A DNA stretch of 64,000 bases from assembly GCA_964016885.1 (NCBI GenBank), contig OZ024756.1, positions 39,556,001 to 39,620,000 of the forward strand. The letters run 5' to 3'. This DNA comes from Eledone cirrhosa (taxonomy: Eukaryota). The notes under the pieces were generated by a model, which worked only from the letters and a program-made list of their open reading frames with translations, did not search any database and was not told the DNA's origin. Shown piece after piece: positions 44,259 through 57,939 of the stretch; positions within the stretch are counted from its first letter, which is position 1; the number at the start of each line of letters is the position of its first letter. A program made the position numbers and the translations under genes.

Positions 44259-44590
44259 ATGGCTGCCTCCTCGTTATCGAGTATGGCCATTGCACCAGAT
44301 ACCATTGTTAATAATTATTAATTAATTCTATCGTGCAATGCCTGTGCGTGAAGATATTTTTTAAAGTGAGGAAAGACTGTGCACTGAGCCAATCCCACTC
44401 TCTGAGCGACAGTAGCTATAACCCGAAAAGAAGAAAAGATCAACATCATCGGTAACTACTGAGCCGCAGGTTTTATATCGGAGTTATCCCAGTTTCCTGA
44501 GTTCCCTTCTAGAAGAATGCCCTGACAAAGGCTAGGTCCTTCACTCCCAGTGGTTTAACCGCGCGATCGGGTGTTCAACCCGACTATTTC
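44257..44590 (-). mobile_element. RTE-related non-autonomous element, partial copy
   Basis: Homologous to 44776-45200 (GGCTGCC..CTCGTT.TCGAGTAyGGCCA...GCAATGCCTGTG...AGCCAATCCCACTCTCT...GACAAAGGCTA). Confidence 0.6.
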
Positions 44591-44614
44591 TATGTCTCTG
44601 CGCATATACATACA

Positions 44615-44692
<78 letters not shown>

Positions 44693-44775
44693 TATATGTA
44701 GATAAATCTACCAAAATGTATAAAAATATATTTATATTTATTAAAATAACAGATATATATATACATACATATATA

Positions 44776-45380
44776 TGGTGGCTGCCAACTCGTTTTCGAG
44801 TACGGCCACTACTTTATATCCATGTAGGAGAAGCCCTACCGATGCACTGAACGAGTGTAACTTTTTAGTCCAGCCAGCGACTTGAAAACTCTGGTACAAA
44901 CACTACTCTTGTGACAATTATTGACATAGTGCTGGGCCCATTATACCATGTGACGACAAGTGCAGAGAGATCTCCAGATATAAAGCAATGCCTGTGCCGT
45001 GAAGCTTTTATAGTGAGCAAAGGCACTGCACAAAGCCAATCCCACTCTCTTAACCAAGATGATATTTACCAAAAAGAAGAACAAGTCAATATCATTGGAT
45101 ACCATCAGGGTTGCAGGTGTTATATCAGAGTTTTCCTTCCCCTAGAATTCTGCCTTGACAAAGGCTAAGGGGTCATCTCTCCCAGTGATTTTATGCCCAT
45201 TGATTCTTATGAGCTCCTTTGCCCTTTGACAGGTTTTGTTTTTAGTCCTGCAGGATGTCCAAAGTCACCCTCCTCACCAAGAAACCTTGGTGGGGTTGCC
45301 AGTTTAGTCGCCAACGACCCGACCATGAGACAGGTTGTACTGGGATACATGTTAACAGTAGCACCAACTGGTGACTTGAC
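44776..45380 (-). mobile_element. RTE-related non-autonomous (internally deleted) element, ~600 bp
   Basis: No ORF. AGTTTTCCTTCCCCTAG..TGCCTTGACAAAGGCT and GGGGTTGCCAGTTTAG resemble reverse-complemented RTE 5'UTR motifs (from recall). Bounded by TA-rich repeats. Confidence 0.55.
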
Positions 45381-45848
45381 ATAAACATACATATATATAC
45401 ATACATACATATATACATACATATACACATATACATAAACACAATCACACACGAATAATTGTCGACTTCTAGAAAATAAAATAAAATAAAATAAAATAAA
45501 ATAAAATAAATCTAGACATCTTCGAAAATGTTATCATCGTAGGCGTTTCTCTTAAATTTCTATCATTTATAATATAATTCTGCTATCACCAATATTTGTA
45601 ATGCTAATATGTATGGAACGAAATCGGATGCATATTTTATAATAGACAAAAGATTTATATAAAATTTGTAAGATAATTAATTAACTGATATAATATGCAA
45701 TGAAACCGGAGAGATAATCTATTATAGATACAATACATTTTATTTATATCATTCCTAAGATATAAATATCCAAAATTAACTGTGATATGCGTATTATATA
45801 TATTTATTATATATAAATATTTATATATATATATTTATTATTATATAT

Positions 45849-46037
45849 GGCGGTGAATTGGCAGTATCGGTAGAGGGTCGGACGCCATGCTTTCCAGCAT
45901 AGTTACGTCCATTTGCGGTCTGCGTTTAAATCCCGCCGAGGTTAACTTTGCCTTTCATCCTTACGAGGTCGATAAAATAAAGTATCAGTAATACACTGGG
46001 ATAATTGCTGGCCTTGTTCCAAAAGTAGAAACAATTA
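45849..46037 (+). mobile_element. SINE family A, full length
   Basis: Head, core and tail. Confidence 0.92.
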
Positions 46038-46654
46038 TATATATTCATTATATATAATAGAAACCGCACTTAGATATTCAGTAATTTCGAAGTGATGGTC
46101 CAGGTATGTTATATATACAGATATGTTCATATAGGTATGTATGTATCTTCTTATATGTATATATGTATGTGTGTGTATGTGTGTGTGTATATCCTTTTCT
46201 CACTAGTCAGTTCTTTCGTTGCTACAGATCACGCGGCTGAATTAGCGGTCGCTATTTTCAATTTGCAAAGCCCTTTAAACTGTAGGTTATTACTCTGAGG
46301 TTTATTCCTCGTCGAGTGCTTGGCTCAACTACTGAAGGCATTCGTTGGCTTAGATGCTGATCGAACTTTGAATATGCTGTACTATTGTATATATTATATA
46401 TATATTTAATAAAATCGACATGTCAATAAAACATCTTATGCTTTTGATTGCCTGAGATTGTAAGTTATGAGCAGAATTCTTTGAATTAATAATATTGATG
46501 TAAGACAGTTTTAAGATTTGTTAAGTTTCTACAAATGCAGTCATGCAGTAACAGAAAGTATTAATTAAATTTTCACCGTGTCTTCTCTGTCTTTTCATCA
46601 TTCATAAAAGAACAACATTACTATCAATGAATTAAACAATAAATCTATAGGGTG

Positions 46655-46752
<98 letters not shown>

Positions 46753-46914
46753 CAGCTGAGAATCATTTTAAACAGTTTTTGTTCATTTTAATCCAGCCCT
46801 CCATCATTTATGATAATTCGGCAGAGGTTTTGATAATTTACTCACAACCTATTTCGTCGTCCTGTGAGTTCTTCATTAAAATACATTCATTAATCAACTG
46901 CAGTTACAAAGAAC

Positions 46915-47004
46915 ATAATTGTTTCTACTTTTGGCACAAGGCCAGCAATTACCCAGTGCATTACTGGTACTTTATTTTATCGACCCCGTAAGGATGAAAG
47001 GCAA
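46915..47004 (-). mobile_element. SINE A 3' fragment
   Basis: Core and tail, truncated at AAGGCAAA. Confidence 0.88.
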
Positions 47005-48423
47005 AACAGCATTGATAGAATTATGTTCTCTAATAAATGTTATAACATACTTGTTTGTATACATGGTTCTCTCTGTACACAGAATCACACATATAAAATC
47101 TCAGTCCTGAAAGGCCATTGATATTATATAAAGATAAATGAGTAGTATCTAGTAAAAACAAAACAGACTTTTAAAGAGAAACTGAAAAGGAAGAAGAGAA
47201 AAGAAAATGAAAAGGTGGAAAAGAAAGAAAGATGAAGAGGAAAAAGAAAGGCGAGAAGGGACAGTGACTACACCCCAATTTGAGGGGTGCCTCAGCCGTG
47301 TCCTGCAAAAGCATTAAAGCGGAGAATGACCAGAGACACCGGCTGCAGTAACCACCTCACAGGGCTCCTTCCTCAAGCGGGTCGCCGTCTTCCCGACTTT
47401 ACGGAGGAACTAAACAATGCGAGGGATCAAGGAAACCAGAGGTCTCGACGGAGACCGGTGCAAAGAGGAAGCTGACAAATAGGTATATAGATCATTGTAT
47501 CTATTTCGTTATATTGCTTAGACTCATGTATTTTCTTTCTAACTTAAGATGATTCTCTACGCGCAGGATAGAGCTGCTAAATATTGCAGTAGAATGAGTT
47601 CCAAATCGCTCTCTTAATCTCTTAAAAGAGAAGGACACTTTGGACAATATTGGCATAGGTACACTGTTCATAAAAGAACGTTGATCATGGCTTAAACACT
47701 TTGGATTTTGAACTTCTCTTTCAACAAAGACCTGAGGTTAAATAAACAACGTCTGAATAAATAAAATTAATATGTAATTTGAGCGTAGAGTGCAGACATG
47801 AAATAATACACTGGAATAGAATTTGCCCGGCTTTTTCCTTTCCTGGCGATCTCTAAGGGATAATTGATTTTCTTTGAATAATATCACGCAATGAAGTCTC
47901 AAACCTATTCCAGTTTATACTCTTATCTTTCAAACTACTTAAGATATATAAATTAATTGTAGATGATTGACTTCCTCTTATTTGTTGCTACACTTATAAT
48001 AATTGAGACTATTCGTTGTGACTATAACTTATTCACAAGATAATTTGCTTCGAGCATATAATAGGAAATGATAATTATATCATGAAACGTTCATGAATTC
48101 TCTGATCAATCACGGTGCTCCATTTAATGTACATCTGTCTGTGATTATGGTTAAGTAGTTTAAACTGGTTAAGCAGCTACTAACCACGTAGTTATTTCAA
48201 GTATTGGAAAGTTGGTTGTGAATTGGAAGTAAATTAAATTGGTTAAACAGATATTTACCAAAAAGTCACCTCTAGTATTGGAAACTTAGTCGTGAATGGG
48301 AGGAAATCATCAAGAAAACATTGCAACAGGTCAGAGTTGTTGGAAACGTGACTGTCCTTAGATATCGCCGAGAAAGGAAAATGCCGGACAAATTTTATTC
48401 CAATTTATTATTTCATATAATAA

Positions 48424-48868
<445 letters not shown>

Positions 48869-49248
48869 TAAATGGAAGCTATCTTTATAAAACCATATTT
48901 ATTTTATTATATATATTTGAAGGGCACCAACATTTTGGTATGCTCTCATCAGATAAAATGCAAAAGTTGGTTTACAGATAGTGACATATTCAAACTAGAA
49001 CTTAATGTTGTGAGTTCTATTTGAATAGTGAAGAAGAACTTCGAATCACAAGATGAATATGCTAATGAGGATAACGTTAAAATTGAAAAAGATCGTTATG
49101 TTTAGACGTTAGGTAAATTTAAATAATTATTAGGATTATTTTTATTAGGGTGGAAGAAAATTTAAGGAAAGATTTTAAGAAAAAATATATTAAGGTTATT
49201 AGTAGACTATTTATAGGAATATACGTATATATATACATATATATATAC

Positions 49249-49361
<113 letters not shown>

Positions 49362-49389
49362 TATTTATATACATATATATATACATATA

Positions 49390-49768
49390 AAAAAGAAAAT
49401 GTCGCTCTACATGGCTGAATACAATAAATGTAATCTGAGATTTTCGAATATTAATAATAACATTCGATTCGTTTGCAATTATGCAAACAAGCCTCAATTT
49501 GATAGCCATGTCAGTAGAATGAACACTTCATTCTTGCTCTTGTGTTAGCATGCGAACAGAACTGCATAATTGCAAGCGAATTGAATGTTACCACAGTTAC
49601 GTCCCTTTACGGATTGAGTTCAAATCCCGCCGAGGTTAACTTTGCCTTTCATCCTTACGGGGTCGATAAAATAAAGTACCAGTAATACACTGGGATAATT
49701 GCTGGCCTTGTGCCAAAAAGTAGAAACAATTATTAATATTCGAAAAAACTCAGATTACATTTATTATT

Positions 49769-49772
<4 letters not shown>
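49390..49772. mobile_element. Family F10 foldback in (TA)n, inverted arm interrupted by SINE A (49595-49733, plus)
   Basis: 49567-49590 plus 49730-49770 together form the reverse complement of ~49417-49481. Confidence 0.78.
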
Positions 49773-49817
<45 letters not shown>

Positions 49818-49911
49818 AATACATACATATATATTTTTTTCATATTAAAATATGTCAGCTGTTACAGAGAAATACGAAATATTGCTAAGACACACTTCTT
49901 ACATAACTTCA

Positions 49912-49963
<52 letters not shown>

Positions 49964-50479
49964 ACATATATATATATATATATATCACACATATATATAT
50001 ATATATTTATTTTCTAAATTATATAATGAGAATTATTTTAGTATGGGAAAATAATATAAGATGATATAATTTAATATGGTTTACCTTCGTGTGAATGAAA
50101 ATACTAAGTTTCTTTCTCATGTTTGAAAATACTTTAAATATGATTTTATAAATTAAATATGTTAGTATACTTTAATATTAATATAGACATTTATAAACTT
50201 TTATAGCCTGAAATATTATACCTTTAGATTAATCCATTATTCTGAACTAACATAAGGAATTCGAATTTTAACGGTCAGCCAGATAAGTTTGGATATATAT
50301 AGTGTATATAAATAATTGTTAGTACATTTCTTATTAATTGAGGACTCGAAATTAAACCCTCATATAATTTCACCCAAATATATTTAATATTTAGATAGAT
50401 GGATACTTCTAGATAATTCAAAGATTCGAGTTTACTCTTTCACATAACTATGCCCAAATGTATATTCATATATTTATCT

Positions 50480-50900
50480 ATGCTTTATACTATAAAAATT
50501 ATTACCCTTTGTCTCTCTATCCTTGATCAATTCTCTTTTGCTTTCTATACTTCTAGTAACTATATTTTTTCCTCATCTGTTTCTCTCTGTCTTTCTTCAT
50601 TCTTTCTTATTTCTTCAATAATTTAAATTATTTGAATCTCTAACAGTTATGTAAATTGCTATTATGTATTTTAAGCTTTCTCATACGCACCCTCTGTATT
50701 ATATGTAAATTTTTTAATGTCTTAATCTTAAGGTATATAAATATTGAGTCTTGTCATATCATATTCACTACCATGACTGAATCTTAACCATCTACTATGT
50801 CAGGGTATGTCATGCATTATCTTATTTTATCTGATGAGGACGTACTGTTGAAATACCTCTGAAATATGTATAATAAAATATACTTGATTACACGAATGTC
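50480..50900 (+). mobile_element. Degenerate Penelope-like pLTR with HHR-like motif at 50831-50870
   Basis: T-rich stretch, then CTGATGAGG...CCTCTGAAATATGTA and AATAAA. Confidence 0.4.
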
Positions 50901-51013
50901 TATTTTTGTTAATATTTTGAATTAATATTAATAACTCCGGAAAACCATAACTGTTGAGTGCTTCCAATCTATTGTAAAACTCATTCTTTGATTTATTCAT
51001 TGAACCTTTTAAC

Positions 51014-51280
<267 letters not shown>

Positions 51281-51297
51281 AAACAAATTCAGAAACG

Positions 51298-51363
<66 letters not shown>

Positions 51364-51674
51364 TAGGCGGCTACATATTTTCACATTACACTCTACCTGC
51401 TGTTACAGAGAACATTCGCAGCACAGCAGCTGAAATTTTAGTATAGCATTCTTTATGTTTCCAACTTGGGAACTATGGTAAATTATTATTATGGTCGCCA
51501 TGACTATAATAGCATTGTGGCGACTTTGACGTCACTGCAGAATGACACAAGTAATTTTAGCAACTGTAGAAGCAATAAGAGAAAAATTAACAAATTCAAA
51601 GTCGGAGCAGACGATACAACAAAGAACATTAGATGTGCTTACGTATTAAAGCAATGGTCAAACCACAATTGGCT

Positions 51675-52232
51675 GTATGTGTGTGTTTGTCTATGTGTGT
51701 GTCTATGTGTGTGTGTATGTGTGTGTGTCTAAGTGTGGGTCTGTGTATGTGTGTGTGCCTGTGTATGTGTGTGTATGTGTGTGTGTCTGTGTATGTGTCT
51801 ATGTGTGTGTCTATGTGTCTGTGTATGAGTCTATGTGTGTGTCTATGTGTCTGTGTGTGTGTCTGTGTGTGTGTTTGTGCTTGTGTCTATGTGTGTGTGT
51901 CTCTGTGTCAGTGTCTGTGTCTGTGCTTTTGTCTATGTGTGTGGTGTGTCTATGTGTGTGTCTGTTGTGTGTGTCTGTGCGTGTGTCTAAGTGTGTGTCT
52001 CTGTGTGTGTCTCTGTGTGTCTGTGCGTATGTGTACGTGTGTTTGTATATATAGGTAGAGGTTTGTGTGTTTATGTGTGTACCTGTGCATGTGTGTGTAT
52101 GTGTGCGTCTGTGCGTGTGTGTATGTGTGTATGTATATATAGGTATAGGTTTGTGCACGTCTATGTGTGTGTTTGTGTGTGTCTTTGCGTGTATGTATGC
52201 ATATATGTATGTCAATGTTTGTGCGTGAGCGT
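51675..52232. repeat. Degenerate (TG)n low-complexity tract
   Basis: Direct reading. Confidence 0.92.
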
Positions 52233-52403
52233 GTGACATGTTCAAGACACTTTTTAAAGTTTGTTATAAATTATTTTTCCTGTTTTCTTATTATTTCTGT
52301 TTAGTTTGGAACAAGTATCATCTTATTCGTCCGTCCATTAACATCTCATGGCATTCTACTCCTGTAGAAGTCATTTCTATCTAAAATATAGAAATAACTT
52401 CTA

Positions 52404-52453
<50 letters not shown>

Positions 52454-52759
52454 TGGTATGTTTATATACATTTTTTCTTCTAACTTTAATGTTATACCTA
52501 ATTGTGTATGGTTGACGATATATTTAATCGATTTCCACGTGCTATTGAAATGCTGGGTAAATATTCTATAGCTGTTGATCGCGAATAGATGGCTGTCGTT
52601 TATTTATCTATTATTTCTTCATAGGTGCCTTTTAATCTTATAGCCTGGTTTAATTGGGTTTTTGTGTGGTTGATTATGCTGATTGGGAGAGGAGATGGTG
52701 TATATATTTTATCAAATGATACTATGGACATGCTTTATTGTATATATATATATATATAT

Positions 52760-53250
52760 AACAAAGGAATTGTGGTAAGGAACCAGATGGACCATAACGC
52801 ACCAGAGTACTCAATACTTAGGGTAGTAGAGTGGGAAATAGGAAAAAGTATGACCCCGACGGCAGAGCTCAGGCCCTTTCGACGGCTATTTCTGGACGCT
52901 TTTGCACCATGATGTCGTTGGTGTTTTCATACTCTATTATTTTGCTACAGAATTGTTGTAGGAATCTGTTGTGTCTGGGTTTGAATTTAATGCTCTTGAC
53001 CAAGTGGAAAAGGTCGTTCTCGAAGGGTGAGAGCATAGGGTTCGGAGGGGGAGATTTGTAGGTATTGAATCCGAATCTCTCCTTGGTGTCGAAGTCCTGA
53101 TTGTCGCGATATCTATCGTAGAAAAAAGTTCTCCATCTTAGTCTTTTCGCAAAAAGGTCGATTTTTTGCGTGAGCATCCGAAGGTAAAGTGTCCAGAAAT
53201 AGCCGTCGAAACGGCCTGAGCTCTGCCGTCTGGATCTAACTTTTTCCTAT
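52760..53250 (-). mobile_element. Penelope-like element fragment: N-terminal ORF piece between inverted F1 pLTR pieces
   Basis: ORF 52869-53177 FAKRLRWRTFF...FGFNTYKSPPPNPMLSPFENDLFHLVKSIKFK..N.F resembles the pre-RT region of PLE proteins. F1 arms at 52760-52902 and 53186-53250. Confidence 0.8.
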
Positions 53251-53264
53251 ATATATATATATAT

Positions 53265-53645
53265 AGGGCGGGTAAAATTCCCGAGATCCATGGACGAGTT
53301 CTCTCCAGCGGCCTCTGTCCCTCATCATCGCAGCGATGTCCTGCGTCTCCAAGAGACCAGTGTCTGTTCTTAGGGCATCAGCATATGTCAACCTCGGTTT
53401 CCCTCTTCTAGTGTGTCCATGCAGGGGCTCCCACAGAAGCACTGAGTGCAGTGTCAACTCCGGATGTCGGTGAGCATGTCCAGTTAACCTCAGTCTCCTC
53501 TGTGTCACTTTGAGCTGACTTTTGGGAGGCTCCCGTACAGCTCTGAGTTCTTCATCCTCAGTGTATACTGATTAATGTTCAGAGCCATCCTCAGCATTCT
53601 CGTGTAGCACCCATCCACCATCTGAGTGAGTCTATTGGTCAGTGA
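53265..53645 (-). mobile_element. RTE 3' fragment (third copy, frameshifted)
   Basis: LTNRLTQMVDGCYTRMLRMALNIN.../TQRRLRLTGHAHRH...FYPP then (TA)n. Confidence 0.92.
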
Positions 53646-53671
53646 TATATATATATCAGTGTTTCCCGAAT

Positions 53672-53774
<103 letters not shown>

Positions 53775-54403
53775 GGTGGGGGGAGCAAACTCTTCTTCTT
53801 TGGATCCTAATCAATCATTATATGTACAAGATGTTGAATAATCCAAGTGGAAGTTTTCAACATTCTATCTCTAGCTTCTGCCAGGTAGTCTATGATGCCA
53901 GGCTCCTACTTAAATAAATATACCATTAATTTTAGAATGAAATACAAAATTAATTTTAGAAGGAACCATAAAATTAATTTTAGAATGAAAATATATATAT
54001 TCAATCTAAAATTAATATCTCTATTTTTTGTGGAGAAAGACTAATATAACTTTAAAGGAGTGACTTTCGTTTGTCAGTTAGAAAAGTAAAATACACTGCA
54101 ATTTTATTTCATACTGCGCAAAACTAAACTTAAATATCCAACCAATAAAAATGGCTATAAAAATATAATTTTGTTTTCTTTTTGTGTGTTGAAAATGTAA
54201 ACCCAAGAATCGAAATGTGTCGTTGACAGCTGAATATATATATGTATATATATTTATATATTTATATATATATATATTTATAGATAAATATATATATATA
54301 TAAATATATATATATATAAGGTAAACTGAAATATCAAAGGAAACGACACAGTACAATGAAAAATATATTAGTTTTACGGTTGATACAGTAAGAAAAGAGT
54401 GTT

Positions 54404-54431
54404 AACGTTTCGGACGCTAGTTATTCGTCAG
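54404..54431 (-). ncRNA. Degenerate minimal hammerhead motif in a probable pLTR remnant
   Basis: CUGACGA-auaacuagcgucc-GAAACGUU; stems decayed. Confidence 0.35.
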
Positions 54432-54626
54432 AAAATAGAATAAGAAATTAAAGAAGAAATAGAAAAATAGAGGAAAGTGAGCAATTGGCAGAAACAAAAA
54501 ACAGTTTCTTTAAGGAAAAAAATAAAGTCTATTCAGATATATTAAATGGACCAAGCAGACGATCAAATATTGTTTGTTTTTTGTCGAGAAGGTTAGTTTA
54601 TTCATCTCAGTTATAGATGGAACAGA

Positions 54627-55058
54627 TAATTGTTTCTACTTTAGGCGCCAGCAATTTGGGGGGACGGGAAAGTCGATTACTGGTACTTTATTTTATCGAC
54701 CCCGTAAGGATGCAAGGCAAAGCTGAACCTCGGCAGGATTTGAATTCAGAGCGTAAAGGGCCATAACTTTATGCTGCAAAGCATATTGTCAGACGCTCTA
54801 CTGATTCTGCCAATCCACCGCCCTTAAAGTTGGAAAAGATAATGTTTTCTTATATAGGCACAAGGCCAGCAATTTTGGGGAGGGGAAAGTCGATTAAATC
54901 GATCCCAGCGCGTGACTGGTACTTTATTTTATCGACCCCTTAAGGATGAAAGACAAAGTTAACCTCGGCGGGGTTTGAACTCAGATCATAAAGGGCCGTA
55001 ACTCTATGCTGCAAAGCATGGTATCCGACCCTCTACCGATACTGCCAATCCACTGCCC
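54627..55058 (-). mobile_element. Two tandem SINE A copies sharing target GGAA(A/C)AGATAAT
   Basis: 54627-54823 and 54840-55058; the target motif occurs three times. Confidence 0.9.
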
Positions 55059-55860
55059 TTAAAAGTTGGAAAAGATAATGAAAAGTTGTTCCGTTTATAG
55101 TTTAGAGCGATCATTAGTTTAGATATTACACGAAACTTTCGAAGTCACTCTAATTTCTCATCAGTCTACTTCCATTGCATGATATTTCAGTCGTTCAAAG
55201 AATGATATCAGACACGGTACGAATAAATTGTTTTAAAAAAGATAGAATGGGGTAATTAACGATATCAACAAAATATATGATACTTGGAAATTAATCAAAT
55301 ATGAATCTAACAGGCGTGTGTCTTTTTAATAGATCAATCTTTCTAAAGGCAGTAATGAAACTCTTAAGTACAAAATGTATTTATTTGTATCGTGTTTTAT
55401 TGGTTTTAGTATATAATGGAGCCATATTGATACTGAAAGATAAGGTTGGGTAAATGCTAGATTAAATGCCATGGAAGATCTAGATAAATTATTCCATGTT
55501 CAAATCAGACCATAATTATGTCGCCTCTCATCAATCACAATATCCTTCCAGCTTATGTTTTAATCGGTTTGGTATATCGGAAGAAGATATGCTCATCATA
55601 TTCGCTGACAGACAGGTGACTGATGCAGCTAGTGATCCACTTAAATATTTAGAAGTCAAAATTATAGAAGCTGGTATCTAAAACTTCAACTTTTGACTTG
55701 TCAAAATAAATCCATATTACGAGAATTTTATCGTCGTATTTTGACAGTCCAGGGACAGTTTGTTGACCAGATAAGGGTGTTTGACATTTTCTACACTATA
55801 CACAACACAACTTAATGTTAACAGTCTTTATCTTACTATAAATGATCCTACTGTAGAGTC

Positions 55861-55949
<89 letters not shown>

Positions 55950-55974
55950 TACTCTGCAGTAAAATCACTAATAG

Positions 55975-56004
<30 letters not shown>

Positions 56005-56008
<4 letters not shown>

Positions 56009-56128
56009 ATAATAATAAATTTGAAGACTAAAATCCAAAGAGGGCCCGATAAGGATAAATATATATCAAATATATAAGAACCCTAGAGTAAATATTTATT
56101 AAAATAACAGATTAAAGTTTAATCTGTT
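56005..56128 (-). mobile_element. Family F2 copy ending in a snap-back hairpin
   Basis: Reverse complement of 7150-7260; TAACAGATTAAA-G-TTTAATCTGTTA. Confidence 0.78.
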
Positions 56129-56136
56129 ATATATAT

Positions 56137-56398
56137 ATAGTAAAATAAAACAAGGACGAATGTTTACTTCTTCATTACGTTTATTGGTTAGTGACGCGCG
56201 TTTTACCATTGATCAGCTCAAGGTTCGATCTGTATCGATCTAGCCCTACTCTGTAATCCACGGCTCGTCAGACTCCTTGAGCTGATCAGTGTCAAAACGT
56301 GCGTCACCAACCAATAAACGTAATGAAGGAGTAACAACATATCCTTGTTTTATTTTACTATAATATACTCTGTCTAGCTCTTACAGTTACACTCCCTG

Positions 56399-56401
<3 letters not shown>
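56137..56401. mobile_element. Foldback element family F7 with HHR-like motif (56190-56275, minus)
   Basis: Arms 56137-56224/56276-56361; agu-CUGACGA-gccgu...auggu-AAAAC-gcgc-GUC|acu then AAUAAA. Confidence 0.75.
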
Positions 56402-56455
<54 letters not shown>

Positions 56456-56460
<5 letters not shown>

Positions 56461-56625
56461 AAGGGTGAAGAATAACATGGTTCTCTGTACAAAAAGGGTT
56501 TTATTTACAGTATTAACAATTTTTTCATTGATCAGGTGAGTCTAAAGGCCGCTGATCACTCGAAATTGCGTCACTCGACCTTAAATACAGTGTGCCTCTC
56601 TGATCAAATCATCGGAACACTAAAA
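56456..56625 (-). mobile_element. Family F3 partial copy
   Basis: Colinear with 16987-17153. Confidence 0.8.
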
Positions 56626-56757
56626 CGTAACTTGTTATCCCATATATATATATATTCTAACTTGCCTTTAGTCAAAAAAGTTATAATAAAATCAGCAGAT
56701 ATTACCAACAACGCCTGCCCTCAGTAGCTTTCAGTTCAATTTCAGTATACTATATTT

Positions 56758-56979
56758 AATGGTTTCTGATTTAGACACAAGGGCAACAATTCTGTGGCGG
56801 GGGAAAGTCGATTAAATCGACCCCAGTACGTTACTGATACCTTATTTTATCGACCCGTAAGGATGAAAGGCAAAGCTAATCTCGGCGGGATTTGAACTCA
56901 GAACGTAGAGGGCCGTAACTCTATGCCGTAAAGCATAATGGCCAACGCTCTACCGATTCTGCCGATCCCCAGGCCGCCC
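56758..56979 (-). mobile_element. SINE A long-tail variant with 19-bp TSD TCAGTATACTATATTTAAT
   Basis: Head, core and tail; perfect flanking direct repeat. Confidence 0.92.
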
Positions 56980-57387
56980 TCAGTATACTATATTTAATAA
57001 AACAATGTAAGTTTTATCCAAAACGCTAATCCATCAATTAATATTAATTTGTACAATTTACAAACGCCAGGCAGTCTCTATAAAGTTTCGAAATCTCTTT
57101 TGCTGTTTATAAATAGAAAAAATCTATTGAACGAATTATCATAAAAAATTAAAAAATATAATTAGTTTTTAATTGATTGTTCTGTGGTGTTATATTTTCT
57201 AAACAGAAAAGGGAGACAATATGGCGAAGTGTAATATAAGAACGGCAGTTTCACGAGATTAACACTTGTTTTTAAATAATAATAAAAGAGAAACGGGTGT
57301 ATCTAATTATAATCCTTTCATTTATCTTATCTCACGGATACATTCATGTATATAACAACGTGTTACACAAAATCTTTATAAAGATAT

Positions 57388-57655
57388 GTACATAGTAATA
57401 TACATAGCAGTATACATAGTAATACACATAGTAATATACATAGCAGTATACATAGTAATACACATAGTAATATACATAGCAGTATACATAGTAATACACA
57501 TAGTAATATACATAGCAGTATACATAGTAATACACATAGTAATATACATAGCAGTATACATAGTAATACACATAGTAATATACATAGCAGTATACATAGT
57601 AATACACATAGTAATATACATAGCAGTATACATAGTAATACACATAGTAATATAC
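57388..57655 (+). repeat. 36-bp minisatellite built from three 12-bp variants (CATAGTAATATA/CATAGCAGTATA/CATAGTAATACA)
   Basis: Direct reading; about 7 units. Confidence 0.95.
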
Positions 57656-57939
57656 AAAATGGTGAAAAGGAGCAAAGATGCTATAAATATACGGAGATAT
57701 ATTGCAAACTGCTAAAATAAATAGAGACAAACAACATAAATAAAAGTATTCATAATTAAAATATATATAAGAAAAAAGATCTATTGTAATATGTTGAGTA
57801 ATGAAAACACTTTTTCAAGTACACAGTTAATGTGGTGTGGTAAATATACACCAAGTCCGGACACAAAGGAACCAAACTCCCGCTGTCACTGCCTCCGTCT
57901 CTTTCTTTTGTGTTACTGTTGGTGCTGGTAATAGGATTG

